From NCBI GenBank assembly GCA_022072225.1, contig JAJVIC010000006.1, positions 73,785-137,784 of the forward strand: DNA of 64,000 nt, given 5' to 3'. The translations under genes and the position numbers were made by a program. Under the pieces are notes generated by a model. That model did not search any database, was not told the origin of the DNA, and saw only the letters and a list, made by a program, of their open reading frames with translations. Position 1 is the first letter of the stretch; every line of letters starts with the position of its first letter. Source of the DNA: Bacteroidia bacterium (GTDB lineage: Bacteria; Bacteroidota; Bacteroidia; SXHM01). Shown piece after piece: positions 9,610 to 19,500 of the stretch.

Positions 9610-11328
9610 CTACTGCGATTTTTTATCACTCGAAAGTATTTTGCCAATCAGGCATGTTCTAATCGCGGTCAGCTTGGTGCACAAGGCGGGACAAGTGAAT
9701 AAAAAATCACTGTTCCAATTATGTTTTTCAATGGTATTTTTAGGTTCAAAGAGGGTTCTTTTTGCCATATATTCTACTTCACACTCTTTTACACATTGAT
9801 AAGTATTATCCGTTGTAATATAAAGGTTTTTGTCTTTTAGCGTTAGGTTCAAAGCTAATTTTGCAGCTATGTTATTTTTCGCAGAATCGTCACCGATTTT
9901 GAATTGTTTGAGTGAATGCAAAGCAAAATCAAAACTTTCTTTTATCGCATTTTCCAAATGCGAAAGATGTTTTGTAGTTGCTTCTATTTGTACTGCAACC
10001 TCCTTTAATTCCTTCAAAACTTCTTCTTTCAATGGCTTAATTTCCTCTGCGCTCATTTCACCATCTGCCCTCATTCTAATAAGCCCATTAAGCCTATTAA
10101 ATAGCTCGCTTTCGCGTTTCTTTAGTCGTGACGTCATTTGCGCTTGTTCGTGACTGCAACTGCTCTTAAGCTCTTTTAGAGCCTTTAATCCCCAAACATT
10201 GAAATCCTTACCTATGCTGATTTTCTCCAATTCTTTGGTAATGTTATTTTCAATTACCTCACGAGTTATTGAACCCTGACTACACGCTCCTTTGTTTTTT
10301 GTGCAGAGATAATAGACTTTGTTCACCATGCTTGGATTTTTCATTTTATAAAAATCAAGTTTACACTTAGGACAAACCGTTTTTGTAACAATGGAATATT
10401 TGAACTTACAGTTTGTGCAGATAGCTTGTAGTTTATGCATTGCGGTTACCCAGCCCTGACATTCCCCGCAGCGAATAAGTCCTCGATATGGAAAATATTT
10501 TTTTCTCTGAATAACAAATCTTTTTTTCTGCAAAATATTTTGGACTTCTGAGAATTCTTTAAGTGTTACCATTGGTTGATGATTTCCTTTAAATCTCTCT
10601 TTATCGAAGTGTTCGTTCCGCCAGTAAAAATGACCACAGTAAAATTCCTTATTGAATAGATTATAGAACATATTCTTGGTGTACTTTTTTCCTTTCTTAT
10701 CTCGCAACCCTAACCTGTCTGCTTCGCGCTCAATAGCCCGTATCGAGTATTTCCCGGTAAGCATTAAATCCCATAATTTCCGCACCACTGGAAATAATTC
10801 AGGATCGGGAATAATCTCGGTTAATCCCTTGCCACGCTCCTCTTTTGGAGCGTGCATATATCCTAATGGTGCTGTTCCAGGAAACCATCCGCGCTCTGCT
10901 TTTTTTCGCATACCACGTTTTACATCCACGCTTAAATCATTGGAGTACTGAATAGCCATGCCAAATTCCACCATGAGAATAATGACATTATCAGACGGCT
11001 TATAATCCCTGCCGTATGTATTAATGCTCTGAATTGCGCCTTGCTGCAATTGCCAAATGATTTGTCCGCCATCAATTGAATTACGGGCAAGGCGATTGAG
11101 TTTCCAGCATAAAATTCCTTGCGCTTCTCCTTTCTTGATGCGTTGCATCATTGCATTAAACTTTGGTCTGCCTGGGTATTTTGCGCTTTGTTCTTCACTG
11201 ATAATATCTGCAATCTGAAGGTGCTCCCGCTCTGCAATACGCTGCATCTCTGAAATCTGGTCATTGATGGATGCCATTTGTTTATCCTCTGTATCTGTTG
11301 ATTTTCTGGCATATAAAAAATATTTCAT
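9610..11328 (-). CDS. Large serine recombinase
   Basis: N-terminal resolvase motif FLYARKSTDTEDKQMASINDQ with catalytic Ser, and CWKLNRLARN. Recombinase domain and zinc ribbon CGECQG...CTNCK...CPKC. Confidence 0.85.
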   Translation of the reverse strand: MKYFLYARKSTDTEDKQMASINDQISEMQRIAEREHLQIADIISEEQSAKYPGRPKFNAMMQRIKKGEAQGILCWKLNRLARNSIDGGQIIWQLQQGAIQSINTYGRDYKPSDNVIILMVEFGMAIQYSNDLSVDVKRGMRKKAERGWFPGTAPLGYMHAPKEERGKGLTEIIPDPELFPVVRKLWDLMLTGKYSIRAIEREADRLGLRDKKGKKYTKNMFYNLFNKEFYCGHFYWRNEHFDKERFKGNHQPMVTLKEFSEVQNILQKKRFVIQRKKYFPYRGLIRCGECQGWVTAMHKLQAICTNCKFKYSIVTKTVCPKCKLDFYKMKNPSMVNKVYYLCTKNKGACSQGSITREVIENNITKELEKISIGKDFNVWGLKALKELKSSCSHEQAQMTSRLKKRESELFNRLNGLIRMRADGEMSAEEIKPLKEEVLKELKEVAVQIEATTKHLSHLENAIKESFDFALHSLKQFKIGDDSAKNNIAAKLALNLTLKDKNLYITTDNTYQCVKECEVEYMAKRTLFEPKNTIEKHNWNSDFLFTCPALCTKLTAIRTCLIGKILSSDKKSQ

Positions 11329-11396
11329 AAGGAATTCAAAAATTACCTGATAATCTATTGACTCGGATTCATACCAAATCCAAGCCTAAGAGTCAA

Positions 11397-11579
11397 TCAT
11401 TCGTTATCCACAAAGTATGCTCCGCTTAAATCAAGAATGGTTGCCATAAATTGAAGAAGATGTAAGCCCTTTTTGTATGCTTCGTCATCGGATAATTCAA
11501 TATTAAAATTCTTAAAATAAATAGCCTTGAATTCTTTTAGCTGTTCCGGTGAAAGCGTTGTTGGCATCTTAATATTCAT
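11397..11579 (-). CDS. Small hypothetical protein upstream of recombinase (60 aa)
   Basis: Conserved in copy B (54190..54459), which is longer at the C-terminus. Confidence 0.4.
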   Translation of the reverse strand: MNIKMPTTLSPEQLKEFKAIYFKNFNIELSDDEAYKKGLHLLQFMATILDLSGAYFVDNE

Positions 11580-11608
11580 CTATTCAGAATAAGAGGATAT
11601 TTATCAGA

Positions 11609-11661
11609 AAAACAGAAGCAAAAAATTGCCAATTTGCAGAGTCAAATAATCGCTTCTGTTT
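11609..11661. promoter_or_regulatory. Conserved inverted repeat AAAACAGAAGC-N32-GCTTCTGTTT in divergent promoter region
   Basis: Present nearly identically in copy B (~54487..54540), between the recombinase-side small ORF and the wH gene. Confidence 0.4.
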
Positions 11662-11691
11662 ATTCTCTTTTCATCCAAGGATAATTGCTGA

Positions 11692-12192
11692 ATGGATTAC
11701 AAATACACAACACATGTTCCCAATGAACTTTTTGATAAACACCTGCCACACCTCACGTTCGCGGAACTTAAAATCTTGCTGATTATCATTCGCCAAACAC
11801 AAGGGTGGGTAGACACCAAAACAGGCAAGCGAAAAGTTCGGGATAGGATTTCCCGAACAATGTTTATGGCTAAAACTAATCTTTCCAGACGCGTCATTTC
11901 ACATACCATTCAATCCCTTATTTCCAAAGAACTAATTACAGTAACTGACTATACTGGCGCTGAGCTTCCTGCACCTGATGAACGCAAAGGGCAATTCCTA
12001 TATTATTCATTGTATAGCTCAATACAGGGGCATTTAGGGGCACATACAAGGGCATTACCGTTACCTACCCCAGGGCATCCTGTGAACCATATCAAAAGAA
12101 AAAATAAAAAAGAAAATAAAACAAAAGAAACAGTTCAATCCATCGGAAATATTTTAGAAAAAATGTATAAAAAGTATTTCCATAAAAAGTAA
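11692..12192 (+). CDS. Winged-helix DNA-binding protein, replication-initiator-N-terminal-like
   Basis: FAELKILLIIIRQTQGW...RDRISRTMFMAKTNLSRRVISHTIQSLISKELI resembles RepA_N/phage replisome-organiser winged helix. Basic K-rich tail. Confidence 0.45.
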   Translation: MDYKYTTHVPNELFDKHLPHLTFAELKILLIIIRQTQGWVDTKTGKRKVRDRISRTMFMAKTNLSRRVISHTIQSLISKELITVTDYTGAELPAPDERKGQFLYYSLYSSIQGHLGAHTRALPLPTPGHPVNHIKRKNKKENKTKETVQSIGNILEKMYKKYFHKK

Positions 12193-12212
12193 TTGGTTGT
12201 TGAAAATCTGTT

Positions 12213-12256
12213 CGCAGGTGTGCCTCCTTTAAAAAGCACACCTGCGGTTTCGTTTC
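12213..12256 (+). terminator. Rho-independent terminator
   Basis: CGCAGGTGTGC-ctcctttaaaaa-GCACACCTGCG followed by GTTTCGTTTC. Conserved in copy B. Confidence 0.65.
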
Positions 12257-12421
12257 TCAAATAAACCGATTGCGTATTTTTAGTGCACACAATTTCCCCA
12301 CGAAATGAACGGACTTGTTACCAAACGGTAAGTAACCGCGAAAAAAATTTGCCAAAGTGGCATATTCTGTATTCTGTTTTTCCTTAAGTCGGTTTCGTAT
12401 CATTTACTTATTACTAAGTAA

Positions 12422-12793
12422 TTGAAAAATATTATGAAACATAATGTGAACTATTTGCGAACCTATCGCAAGCAAACAGAGATAACGCAAGCCGACATGG
12501 CTTTTTTATTACACAAGGAAGACAACTCAAATCTTTCACGGTGTGAGAAAGGAAAACGTGCGCCCAGTGTCCATATGATTATTGTGTATAGTTTACTATT
12601 TAACACTCCGGTGATTTCATTTTTCACCAATCAACGGGACCTGATTAAACAACGGCTCATTGAGCGAATAAAAGAATTAATGGAGCAATTAAAAATGGAC
12701 GACCCGACTGAAAATATTATATCGAGAATTGAGTATTTGCAAAAGGCGCTTATTAGATTAACAGAGGAAAAAACATATGAAAAACAACAATAA
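12422..12793 (+). CDS. HTH (XRE-like) transcriptional regulator
   Basis: QTEITQADMAFLLHKEDNSNLSRCEKGKRAPSVHMI helix-turn-helix. Coiled-coil-like C-terminus. Confidence 0.55.
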   Translation: MKNIMKHNVNYLRTYRKQTEITQADMAFLLHKEDNSNLSRCEKGKRAPSVHMIIVYSLLFNTPVISFFTNQRDLIKQRLIERIKELMEQLKMDDPTENIISRIEYLQKALIRLTEEKTYEKQQ

Positions 12794-13274
12794 AGAAATG
12801 GTTCTTGCACTATATCCTAATCGGCAAGGGTTCGGGTATGCATTCTTGGAAAAGCTGACCGAACCAAGGGATTGTGGAGTTGTTACGATTCGCCCTATAA
12901 GTAATCAAAAGTGCTTGGAGCGAATAAAAAAATTCATTGAGTATTATCAGCCAACTCTTATTCTCCTTGAAGACCCTGAAGGTAAATCTTCCTGGAAAAG
13001 TTTGCGTGTGAAAAAATTGATACACAGTATTACTGATTTTTGCCAACTCAACGACATTACGGTAAGACGTTATACACGAGAACAAATCCGATTCGTGTTT
13101 TCGGAATTTAAAGTGAAATCAAAGTACGAGATTGCTGCGCAGATAATAAAATGGTTACCACAGTTCAAAAACAAAATGCCCGAAGTACGAAAGCCTTGGA
13201 TGTGTCAGGATTACAACATGGTTATGTTTGATGCGATTTCACTTGCGATTACTCATTTTTATCTAGATAATTAA
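12777..13274 (+). CDS. Hypothetical protein (165 aa)
   Basis: 17-nt overlap with the upstream HTH gene. Conserved in copy B. Last gene of the repeat unit. Confidence 0.45.
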   Translation: MKNNNKEMVLALYPNRQGFGYAFLEKLTEPRDCGVVTIRPISNQKCLERIKKFIEYYQPTLILLEDPEGKSSWKSLRVKKLIHSITDFCQLNDITVRRYTREQIRFVFSEFKVKSKYEIAAQIIKWLPQFKNKMPEVRKPWMCQDYNMVMFDAISLAITHFYLDN

Positions 13275-13338
13275 ATGTCTAACTAACTATTTGATTAGTA
13301 GAAGATAATCGTAACTTTATAATCTCTAATAATTATTA

Positions 13339-14469
13339 ATGCTTACTGCGCATTTTCCTAATCGAATTCTGTTTGGTATTGGGATCATCAACCGTATCAA
13401 AGAAGAATTATTATTACTTGATGGATGTAAAAGTATTTTACTGATCACAAGTCCAGGTATGCCAAGTCGTATTTTTTTTCCTGAAATACTAAAGACAATT
13501 CAATCAGTTGTAAAGAATGTTCAAGTAATAGCAACTCTCACTCCTGAACCAGATGATAAAATGATTGAAATGATTTTTGGACAAATAGAATTAAAAAATG
13601 TAGATGCAGTAATAGGAGTTGGGGGAGGCAGTGTTATGGATGCTGCAAAATTAATTTCTTGTCGCGTTGTTAATAATGAACCGTTTGTTGAAATGGCCGG
13701 AAGTAATTTGGTTAAGCGTAAAGGCCCACCTATCCTATTAATACCAACGGTTGCAGGAAGTGGTAGTGAGGTTACTCATGAAGCTGTTCTGACTGATAAT
13801 GATTCTGGAACAAGATATGCCCTAAAGGATTTCAAATTGTTATCTCATTGCTCAATCATAGATCCATCTCTTTTAACTACTTGTCCTAAGGTTTTAATTG
13901 CTACATCAGGAATTGATGCTTTTATACATGCAGTTGAATCAATCGGTAATTTAAATGCCAATGTTTTTTCAAATTTAAATGGATTACAAGCGATTAAATC
14001 TTTAAAAGAAGGATTGGTTGAGGCTATTTGTGATGTTACAAATGAAAGAGCCTTAAATCAAATATCCTTGGGCTCTATGTTTGCTGGGTTCGCTTTTGCA
14101 GCAACAGGAACAGCAGCAATTCATGCATGTGGTTATCCGCTAACTACAATACACAAAATACCACATGGACAGGCCAATGCTGTAATGTTACCATACGTTA
14201 TTAAATATAATCTCCAAACAGGTAATTACTATGATTCAATAACGGAATTATGGGGTACTAAAAATTTACCATTATCTCTTTTGCAACTTGTAAATGAAAT
14301 AGGTTTAAAAACAAATCTAAAATCTATGGGGATTAAAATAGATGAGTTAGAGAAACTGGCTGAAATCGCCTTTCTTGATAAACGTCATTTATCTGTTAAT
14401 CCAACAGATATTTCGTTAGATATATTGAAAAATATCTTTAAAAACGCTTGGGAAGGAAATTTAGATTGA
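13339..14469 (+). CDS. Iron-containing alcohol dehydrogenase family protein
   Basis: AVIGVGGGSVMDAAK signature (GGGSxxDxAK) and metal-binding His residues downstream. Confidence 0.85.
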   Translation: MLTAHFPNRILFGIGIINRIKEELLLLDGCKSILLITSPGMPSRIFFPEILKTIQSVVKNVQVIATLTPEPDDKMIEMIFGQIELKNVDAVIGVGGGSVMDAAKLISCRVVNNEPFVEMAGSNLVKRKGPPILLIPTVAGSGSEVTHEAVLTDNDSGTRYALKDFKLLSHCSIIDPSLLTTCPKVLIATSGIDAFIHAVESIGNLNANVFSNLNGLQAIKSLKEGLVEAICDVTNERALNQISLGSMFAGFAFAATGTAAIHACGYPLTTIHKIPHGQANAVMLPYVIKYNLQTGNYYDSITELWGTKNLPLSLLQLVNEIGLKTNLKSMGIKIDELEKLAEIAFLDKRHLSVNPTDISLDILKNIFKNAWEGNLD

Positions 14470-14513
14470 ATAACTATAACTTTCTGAAAGCTTATACTCG
14501 TTTCTTAAATATT

Positions 14514-15374
14514 TTAAAAAGCAACTAATAGTATACCAATAAAAATCATTGTTATTCCAGCAATTTTAAATGACAATCCTTTACGTTCTTTCAATTTCCA
14601 AATACCCCAAACTGAAATAAGGACTGCGGCCGATTCTCTTAAAGGAGATATTAATGCAACAGGCGCAATAGACAGAGAAAATAGAACTAATTGGTAGGTA
14701 GCAATGATAAAGATACCTATAATGGCTGTTTTTGCAAATGAACCTTTTTTCGGATTAATTTCTCTTCCTGTGTACATTATAAAATACCGCCTGATAGGAA
14801 TAAAACCTATGAGACAAAGTGCGGTGAAGAAATATTTAAGTGCTCCAAAATAAATGGGATTCGTATATTCTAAACCTATCTTATCTATAATGGTGTATGA
14901 AGCAATGAAAACACCTGTAAGGAGTGCCGGGATAAATCCTTTTTTGCCTTCTAATCTCGCTCTTCTTACAAACCAAATTCCAAAAATAAGTAAGAGTATA
15001 CCTGCCACTTGATATAGAGTCACATTTTCTTTTAGCAATAATATACCAAAAAAAAAGGATAACACTGGTGCTATCCCTCTCGCAATCGGATATACCACCG
15101 ACAATTCTCCATGTCTATAACTATGCGACAAGAAAAAGAAGTACCCCAATTCAGCAATCCCGGAAAGCATCCCATAGAAAATTGCCGTAGAGGAAATGGG
15201 TGGCATTTGTTCAACAATCCAGTAGGTCATAATAAGTGGTATGAATAATATTACTCCTATGCCTATTGCTTTTGTTGAAACATCTAACGGATCGTCAGCT
15301 GATTGCAATAAAATATTCCAACTAACATGTAAAATTGCAGATATAAAGATGAGAATGATCGCAGAAGAAAGCAT
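14514..15374 (-). CDS. DMT/EamA-like polytopic membrane transporter
   Basis: About 10 hydrophobic helices and a duplicated EamA-like architecture. Confidence 0.6.
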   Translation of the reverse strand: MLSSAIILIFISAILHVSWNILLQSADDPLDVSTKAIGIGVILFIPLIMTYWIVEQMPPISSTAIFYGMLSGIAELGYFFFLSHSYRHGELSVVYPIARGIAPVLSFFFGILLLKENVTLYQVAGILLLIFGIWFVRRARLEGKKGFIPALLTGVFIASYTIIDKIGLEYTNPIYFGALKYFFTALCLIGFIPIRRYFIMYTGREINPKKGSFAKTAIIGIFIIATYQLVLFSLSIAPVALISPLRESAAVLISVWGIWKLKERKGLSFKIAGITMIFIGILLVAF

Positions 15375-15474
15375 ACATAAAGTATATCAAAGCAGGGAAA
15401 AAACCACTATTTAATTTAGGCATCAATTTTGTTATCTTATTAGGTATCAACTCTTCCTACCTTTTCATAATGAG

Positions 15475-16401
15475 ATGATAAAAAGATTAAAATTCTTTGA
15501 TGAAATTTCATTGGGAAATGAAGTGGTGTCTGAATTGCGTTCATTGCAATCGTTTAACGATAATTACAAAATCATCCAGAGCTATAATGCTCCACATATT
15601 AGAGACGCAGCAATTTCAATAAAAAAAACCTTTTCAAACTCTGATAATGGAGTATTGATTAAAATTCAGCCGCAATTATCTAATCTTGAATTGAGGTCTT
15701 TAGTTTGGCTTCTTTCATGCAATATAGGGAAACCAATTGTTCAAGATGAATCAGGGACTCAGATTATGTATGTATATGATAGGAATAGATCAAATTCAAT
15801 TTTCAATGGAGCAAGGTATCACCAAACTCACCAAGGCGGAGCATTACATACAGACCAGGGCGGAGTCAAACATACAAAGAATGTTAATGATCCAGAGCCA
15901 ATTGATTTTTTAGTTTTAGGTTGCATACAGCAAGGATTAATTGGTGGAGAAACTATTTTGGTTCATGCTGATGAATTATACCGTGAACTTTTAAAATTTC
16001 CCATAGTAATTGATATTTTAAAAGGACAATTTTTTTGGGAATTACGGGGGCAATCTCAAAATTATTATGATGGGCCAATTTTAACCATTGGAAACGATGG
16101 TAAGCCTAGATTTCGTTATATTAGGCCATATATGGAATCAGCGTACACACGTCTTGGAAAAAAAATAAAACCTCTTGAAACGTGGGCCTTGGACGTATTA
16201 GACTCTCTATTGGAAAGTTCTATAATCCAAAATAGGATTCTATTAAATAGAGGTGAAATTCTAATTTTCAGAAACGATCGATTTGTACATGGTCGTACTT
16301 CTTTTACAGATGATTGGAGTGATAATCCAGCGGTAGAAAATAATATTGATTTACTTACCAATAAAAGATTATTCCAACGAATTTGGCTCTCAGAAAAATG
16401 A
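15475..16401 (+). CDS. TauD/TfdA-family Fe(II)/2-oxoglutarate dioxygenase
   Basis: HTDQ (HxD) and C-terminal LIFRNDRFVHGRTSF motif. Confidence 0.65.
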   Translation: MIKRLKFFDEISLGNEVVSELRSLQSFNDNYKIIQSYNAPHIRDAAISIKKTFSNSDNGVLIKIQPQLSNLELRSLVWLLSCNIGKPIVQDESGTQIMYVYDRNRSNSIFNGARYHQTHQGGALHTDQGGVKHTKNVNDPEPIDFLVLGCIQQGLIGGETILVHADELYRELLKFPIVIDILKGQFFWELRGQSQNYYDGPILTIGNDGKPRFRYIRPYMESAYTRLGKKIKPLETWALDVLDSLLESSIIQNRILLNRGEILIFRNDRFVHGRTSFTDDWSDNPAVENNIDLLTNKRLFQRIWLSEK

Positions 16402-16443
16402 CTAAAGAATAAATTTTGACTTAGGATTTATTATACGAGAGTA

Positions 16444-17643
16444 TCAGTTATGATAAATCAGGTTGTTTATTGCTTTTAAGATAATTAAAAAATTCTTATA
16501 CGCAGTTTCATTTTCCAATGTCTCATTAGTAAGCATTAGGCATAATGAATCATCGAATAATAACTCATGCTTCAATTTATAAATTTCCTCACTACTTAGA
16601 GATGTATTTATTCCATCTAATGAATCTCCTATTCTTGTTGCAATCACACATTTTTTATTGTGTTTTTTAGAAGATGTCCTAAGCAAATCTTCAACCTGAA
16701 GAATGTCTTTTTTATAAAGGGATAACTGAACTGCCAAATCTCCTCTAGCTATCATTATCCCATCTGTAACAGCAGATATTTCATCAATATTTTCTATACC
16801 TCTCATCGTTTCTATTTTTGCCATTAGTTTAGCTTTTGGGGGCAAGGAAAGCCTTTTCATTTCTTCAATGCTTTTCTTAGTATTACAGAATGAAAGGCAA
16901 ATCCACTCAAAATATTCTAATGAGCCATTAGAATTTAATTTATTGATTAAGTCAATTGTTTCAATCGGTATAGATTCTACCGTGTCGTATAAACCAGCAA
17001 TATCAATACCTCTATAATTATAAATCATGCAGTCGCTTAAAGCTTCACAATAGATTGCAATTTCATCATGTTTTATAATCTCAAATTGACTCCAACCATC
17101 AGATATTAAAAGAAATTTTGCATCTTTTTTTAATGGTATAGTTTCTTTATAAGGAATTACTTTTGTGTTTTGAAGTCTTTTATCTTTTATGATATCTAAG
17201 TTAGAATCGGGCACTAAAGCTATAATCTCTCCTTTTAATATTTCTAATTCATCTCTGCCAGATAATAAATCCAAATGAGAAATCCGGACTTTAGGCCCTG
17301 ATAAATCAATAGCTAATGATATGTTCTGCTCACCGATTATCTTCTTCACCCTCACAACTTCATCGTGAATCTCTTTCTCATTTTTGTATTTAGAAGAACT
17401 AATACGAATAGTTTCAATACACTGATGACTTAACATTTTATTAATTGAATCGTCTGATAAACTAGGTCTGATTGTTAACCAAAAGTTAAAAGATTTTCCA
17501 GACGCACTTTTTTGTAGTGGACGGTGTGTATCAAATATATCAATTGGAATAGGTAAGCTTTTAGAATCCCATATTACCTTGGGTTTGTGACGAGAAACAC
17601 TTAAATTAGGTTTATGTAAATATTGATTACTCATTATTATCAA
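16444..17643 (-). CDS. Pyruvate-kinase-like barrel-domain protein (no C-terminal regulatory domain)
   Basis: AIDLSGPKVRISHLD, KIETMRGIENIDEI, GIMIARGDLAVQLS match PK active-site motifs. Only 399 aa. Confidence 0.6.
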   Translation of the reverse strand: MIIMSNQYLHKPNLSVSRHKPKVIWDSKSLPIPIDIFDTHRPLQKSASGKSFNFWLTIRPSLSDDSINKMLSHQCIETIRISSSKYKNEKEIHDEVVRVKKIIGEQNISLAIDLSGPKVRISHLDLLSGRDELEILKGEIIALVPDSNLDIIKDKRLQNTKVIPYKETIPLKKDAKFLLISDGWSQFEIIKHDEIAIYCEALSDCMIYNYRGIDIAGLYDTVESIPIETIDLINKLNSNGSLEYFEWICLSFCNTKKSIEEMKRLSLPPKAKLMAKIETMRGIENIDEISAVTDGIMIARGDLAVQLSLYKKDILQVEDLLRTSSKKHNKKCVIATRIGDSLDGINTSLSSEEIYKLKHELLFDDSLCLMLTNETLENETAYKNFLIILKAINNLIYHN

Positions 17644-17645
17644 TT

Positions 17646-18344
17646 TTAATTTAAATAATGAGGTAAATCAAATCCCCAGCATACTGCTGAATAACATTGC
17701 GTAGAATAATTTATTTTCAAATGCTCATCTAAATTAGTTCTTACAATATTTAAGCAGTTTTTAGCTAACTGTACATCACCAACCTTGCTCAATGACAAAT
17801 AATATTTTTTACAAATTCCTTCGTACCTTGAAGTATCGGTTTCATAGTTTTTTGAAACAGAATAGACAAATAATTCAGCTAAATCAGTATATTTTATTAA
17901 TTCCGATTTAGCGCTTTCACAAATTTTATAAAAAGCATTTTGTTCAATTGGAACTTCATCTGTAAACTTTTGAATTATATCTGCATTTCTTAATGTTAAC
18001 AATTCTTTTATGCTTGAATTGTACTGGGGAATTCCTTCTAGGATAAAATAAAGAAATGATTTAAAAATGGCTGCTTTGGCAGACCGCCATTCATCTTGAA
18101 GATCAACTTTAATAGATAATATAATACCGGATTTAATATGTAATCTTTCCATTACTTCATAGGCAGAGGCTAATTGCTTTTCAGATAATTCAGAATCAAG
18201 AAAATTTCTCCAATCGAACCTTTCCGTCAATTGAATTTTAGCAATCGTTCCCAGCATATAAATATTAATTCCTCCTCTAATTTGCGGCCAAATAGAACCT
18301 CCTTTTATATACGAGCTGCAAAGTTGATTTATAAACGTCTCCAT
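17646..18344 (-). CDS. Hypothetical protein (232 aa)
   Basis: ORF abuts the PK-like gene. No motif recognised. Confidence 0.4.
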   Translation of the reverse strand: METFINQLCSSYIKGGSIWPQIRGGINIYMLGTIAKIQLTERFDWRNFLDSELSEKQLASAYEVMERLHIKSGIILSIKVDLQDEWRSAKAAIFKSFLYFILEGIPQYNSSIKELLTLRNADIIQKFTDEVPIEQNAFYKICESAKSELIKYTDLAELFVYSVSKNYETDTSRYEGICKKYYLSLSKVGDVQLAKNCLNIVRTNLDEHLKINYSTQCYSAVCWGFDLPHYLN

Positions 18345-18414
18345 TCGTATGTAAATATTACTATTGCATTATTGAAAGAAGCGAATGCCTTTTATCATTC
18401 TATTCTGGTAGCAT

Positions 18415-19494
18415 TTAATAAATTGGGATATACATCTTTGGTAACAAATACACTTCTTTGCTTACATCGTGGTTCTTAATCTTTTTGAATAACATTTCTA
18501 CACCAAAATCTGAAAGTAATTTTGGACTTTGGTCAACTGTATTAATGAAATTTTTATTCTTTTTATCAATTATTGCTTTAGCTTCCTCAATCCCATCGCA
18601 TCCTAGCACAATTATATTACTGAGTAACTTATTATTTATCTCTTTTATTGCAGTTAATGTACCTATTGCCATTTCATCATTAGTGCAAAAAATCAAATCC
18701 CAAATTTTTTCATTGTTCTTTATCTTCGCTTTAAGATTTTCTAAGATTATTCTATGAGATATTTTTCTATTGAATTCACCGCTATCATCTATAGTTAATT
18801 CGCAGTTGGGGAATTTTAACCGGATAAAAGAAGCAAAATTATTTTGCCGTTCACTTTGTAATTTAGAAGCTATAATAAGAATTTTAGGTGCAGTTATTTG
18901 TTTTTTTATTAAGATAGAAATTGCAGTATCGCTAGCAATTTTACCAATCACTGAATTATCAAAACCAATAAATGAACAGTTGTTGTCAAAAGTTTTATAT
19001 AAATCATTCTTGTGACAATCAAGAAATAGTAAAGGTTTTTTGAATTTATTTGAAAAACTCTGAAATCTCTCATAATGTTTATCTGGCTCAGCGTGGATAA
19101 AGATGCCTGCTGAATAACTATTAACATCATTATATAATTTTTCAATATGTTTATTCATATCAATAATGTTAAAATCATCAATCGGGAGTTTAACTATTGG
19201 CTCATAACCTTGAGTCTCTATCGCATGAATAATATCCTTAATTAATTCTGAAAAGAAAGGAGTAGAGGTAAATGCCGATGAAATAATGAATATTCTTTTA
19301 TTGGCAGTTAATCTTTTCTTTATAAGGGTTATCCAGAATGCCCCTATTAATATAAGAATTAATATTGTTATTATTAACACCCAAATAGGTACTTGTCTAC
19401 TAAAAAGATGAAATACCTTAAAATATTCTAACGCAGAAATTATCGCTGCGGCAATCACGCTGCCAATTAAAGCTAAGGCTATTTCTTTTTTCAT
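18415..19494 (-). CDS. Membrane-anchored periplasmic-binding-protein-like (LacI/RbsB fold) protein
   Basis: Two N-terminal TM helices followed by a PBP-type domain (IIVLGCDGIEEA). Confidence 0.45.
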   Translation of the reverse strand: MKKEIALALIGSVIAAAIISALEYFKVFHLFSRQVPIWVLIITILILILIGAFWITLIKKRLTANKRIFIISSAFTSTPFFSELIKDIIHAIETQGYEPIVKLPIDDFNIIDMNKHIEKLYNDVNSYSAGIFIHAEPDKHYERFQSFSNKFKKPLLFLDCHKNDLYKTFDNNCSFIGFDNSVIGKIASDTAISILIKKQITAPKILIIASKLQSERQNNFASFIRLKFPNCELTIDDSGEFNRKISHRIILENLKAKIKNNEKIWDLIFCTNDEMAIGTLTAIKEINNKLLSNIIVLGCDGIEEAKAIIDKKNKNFINTVDQSPKLLSDFGVEMLFKKIKNHDVSKEVYLLPKMYIPIY

Positions 19495-19500
19495 TCGGTA

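Larger units (their letters stand above)
6300..13280. mobile_element. ~7-kb serine-recombinase integrative element, copy A (diverged paralogue of 49160..56160)
   Basis: Nine co-linear genes (MTase, RadC, MTase-like, TraD-like ATPase, large serine recombinase, small ORF, wH protein, HTH, hypothetical) are repeated at 49163..56155 with ~85-95% aa identity. Similarity stops sharply at ~6305/49162 and ~13275/56156. Confidence 0.65.

Noticed and set aside
6300-13280. Interpreting the two 7-kb units as exact repeats/assembly artefact or as IS/transposons
   Set aside because: The copies differ at many codon positions (about 85-95% aa identity). The recombinase-proximal small ORF is 60 aa in one copy and 89 aa in the other. 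They carry serine recombinases rather than DDE transposases and have no terminal inverted repeats that I could see.
13327-13338. Perfect 12-bp palindrome TAATAATTATTA abutting the Fe-ADH start codon as a specific operator
   Set aside because: In a genome this AT-rich, short AT-only palindromes arise by chance. It may simply be part of the -10/RBS region.
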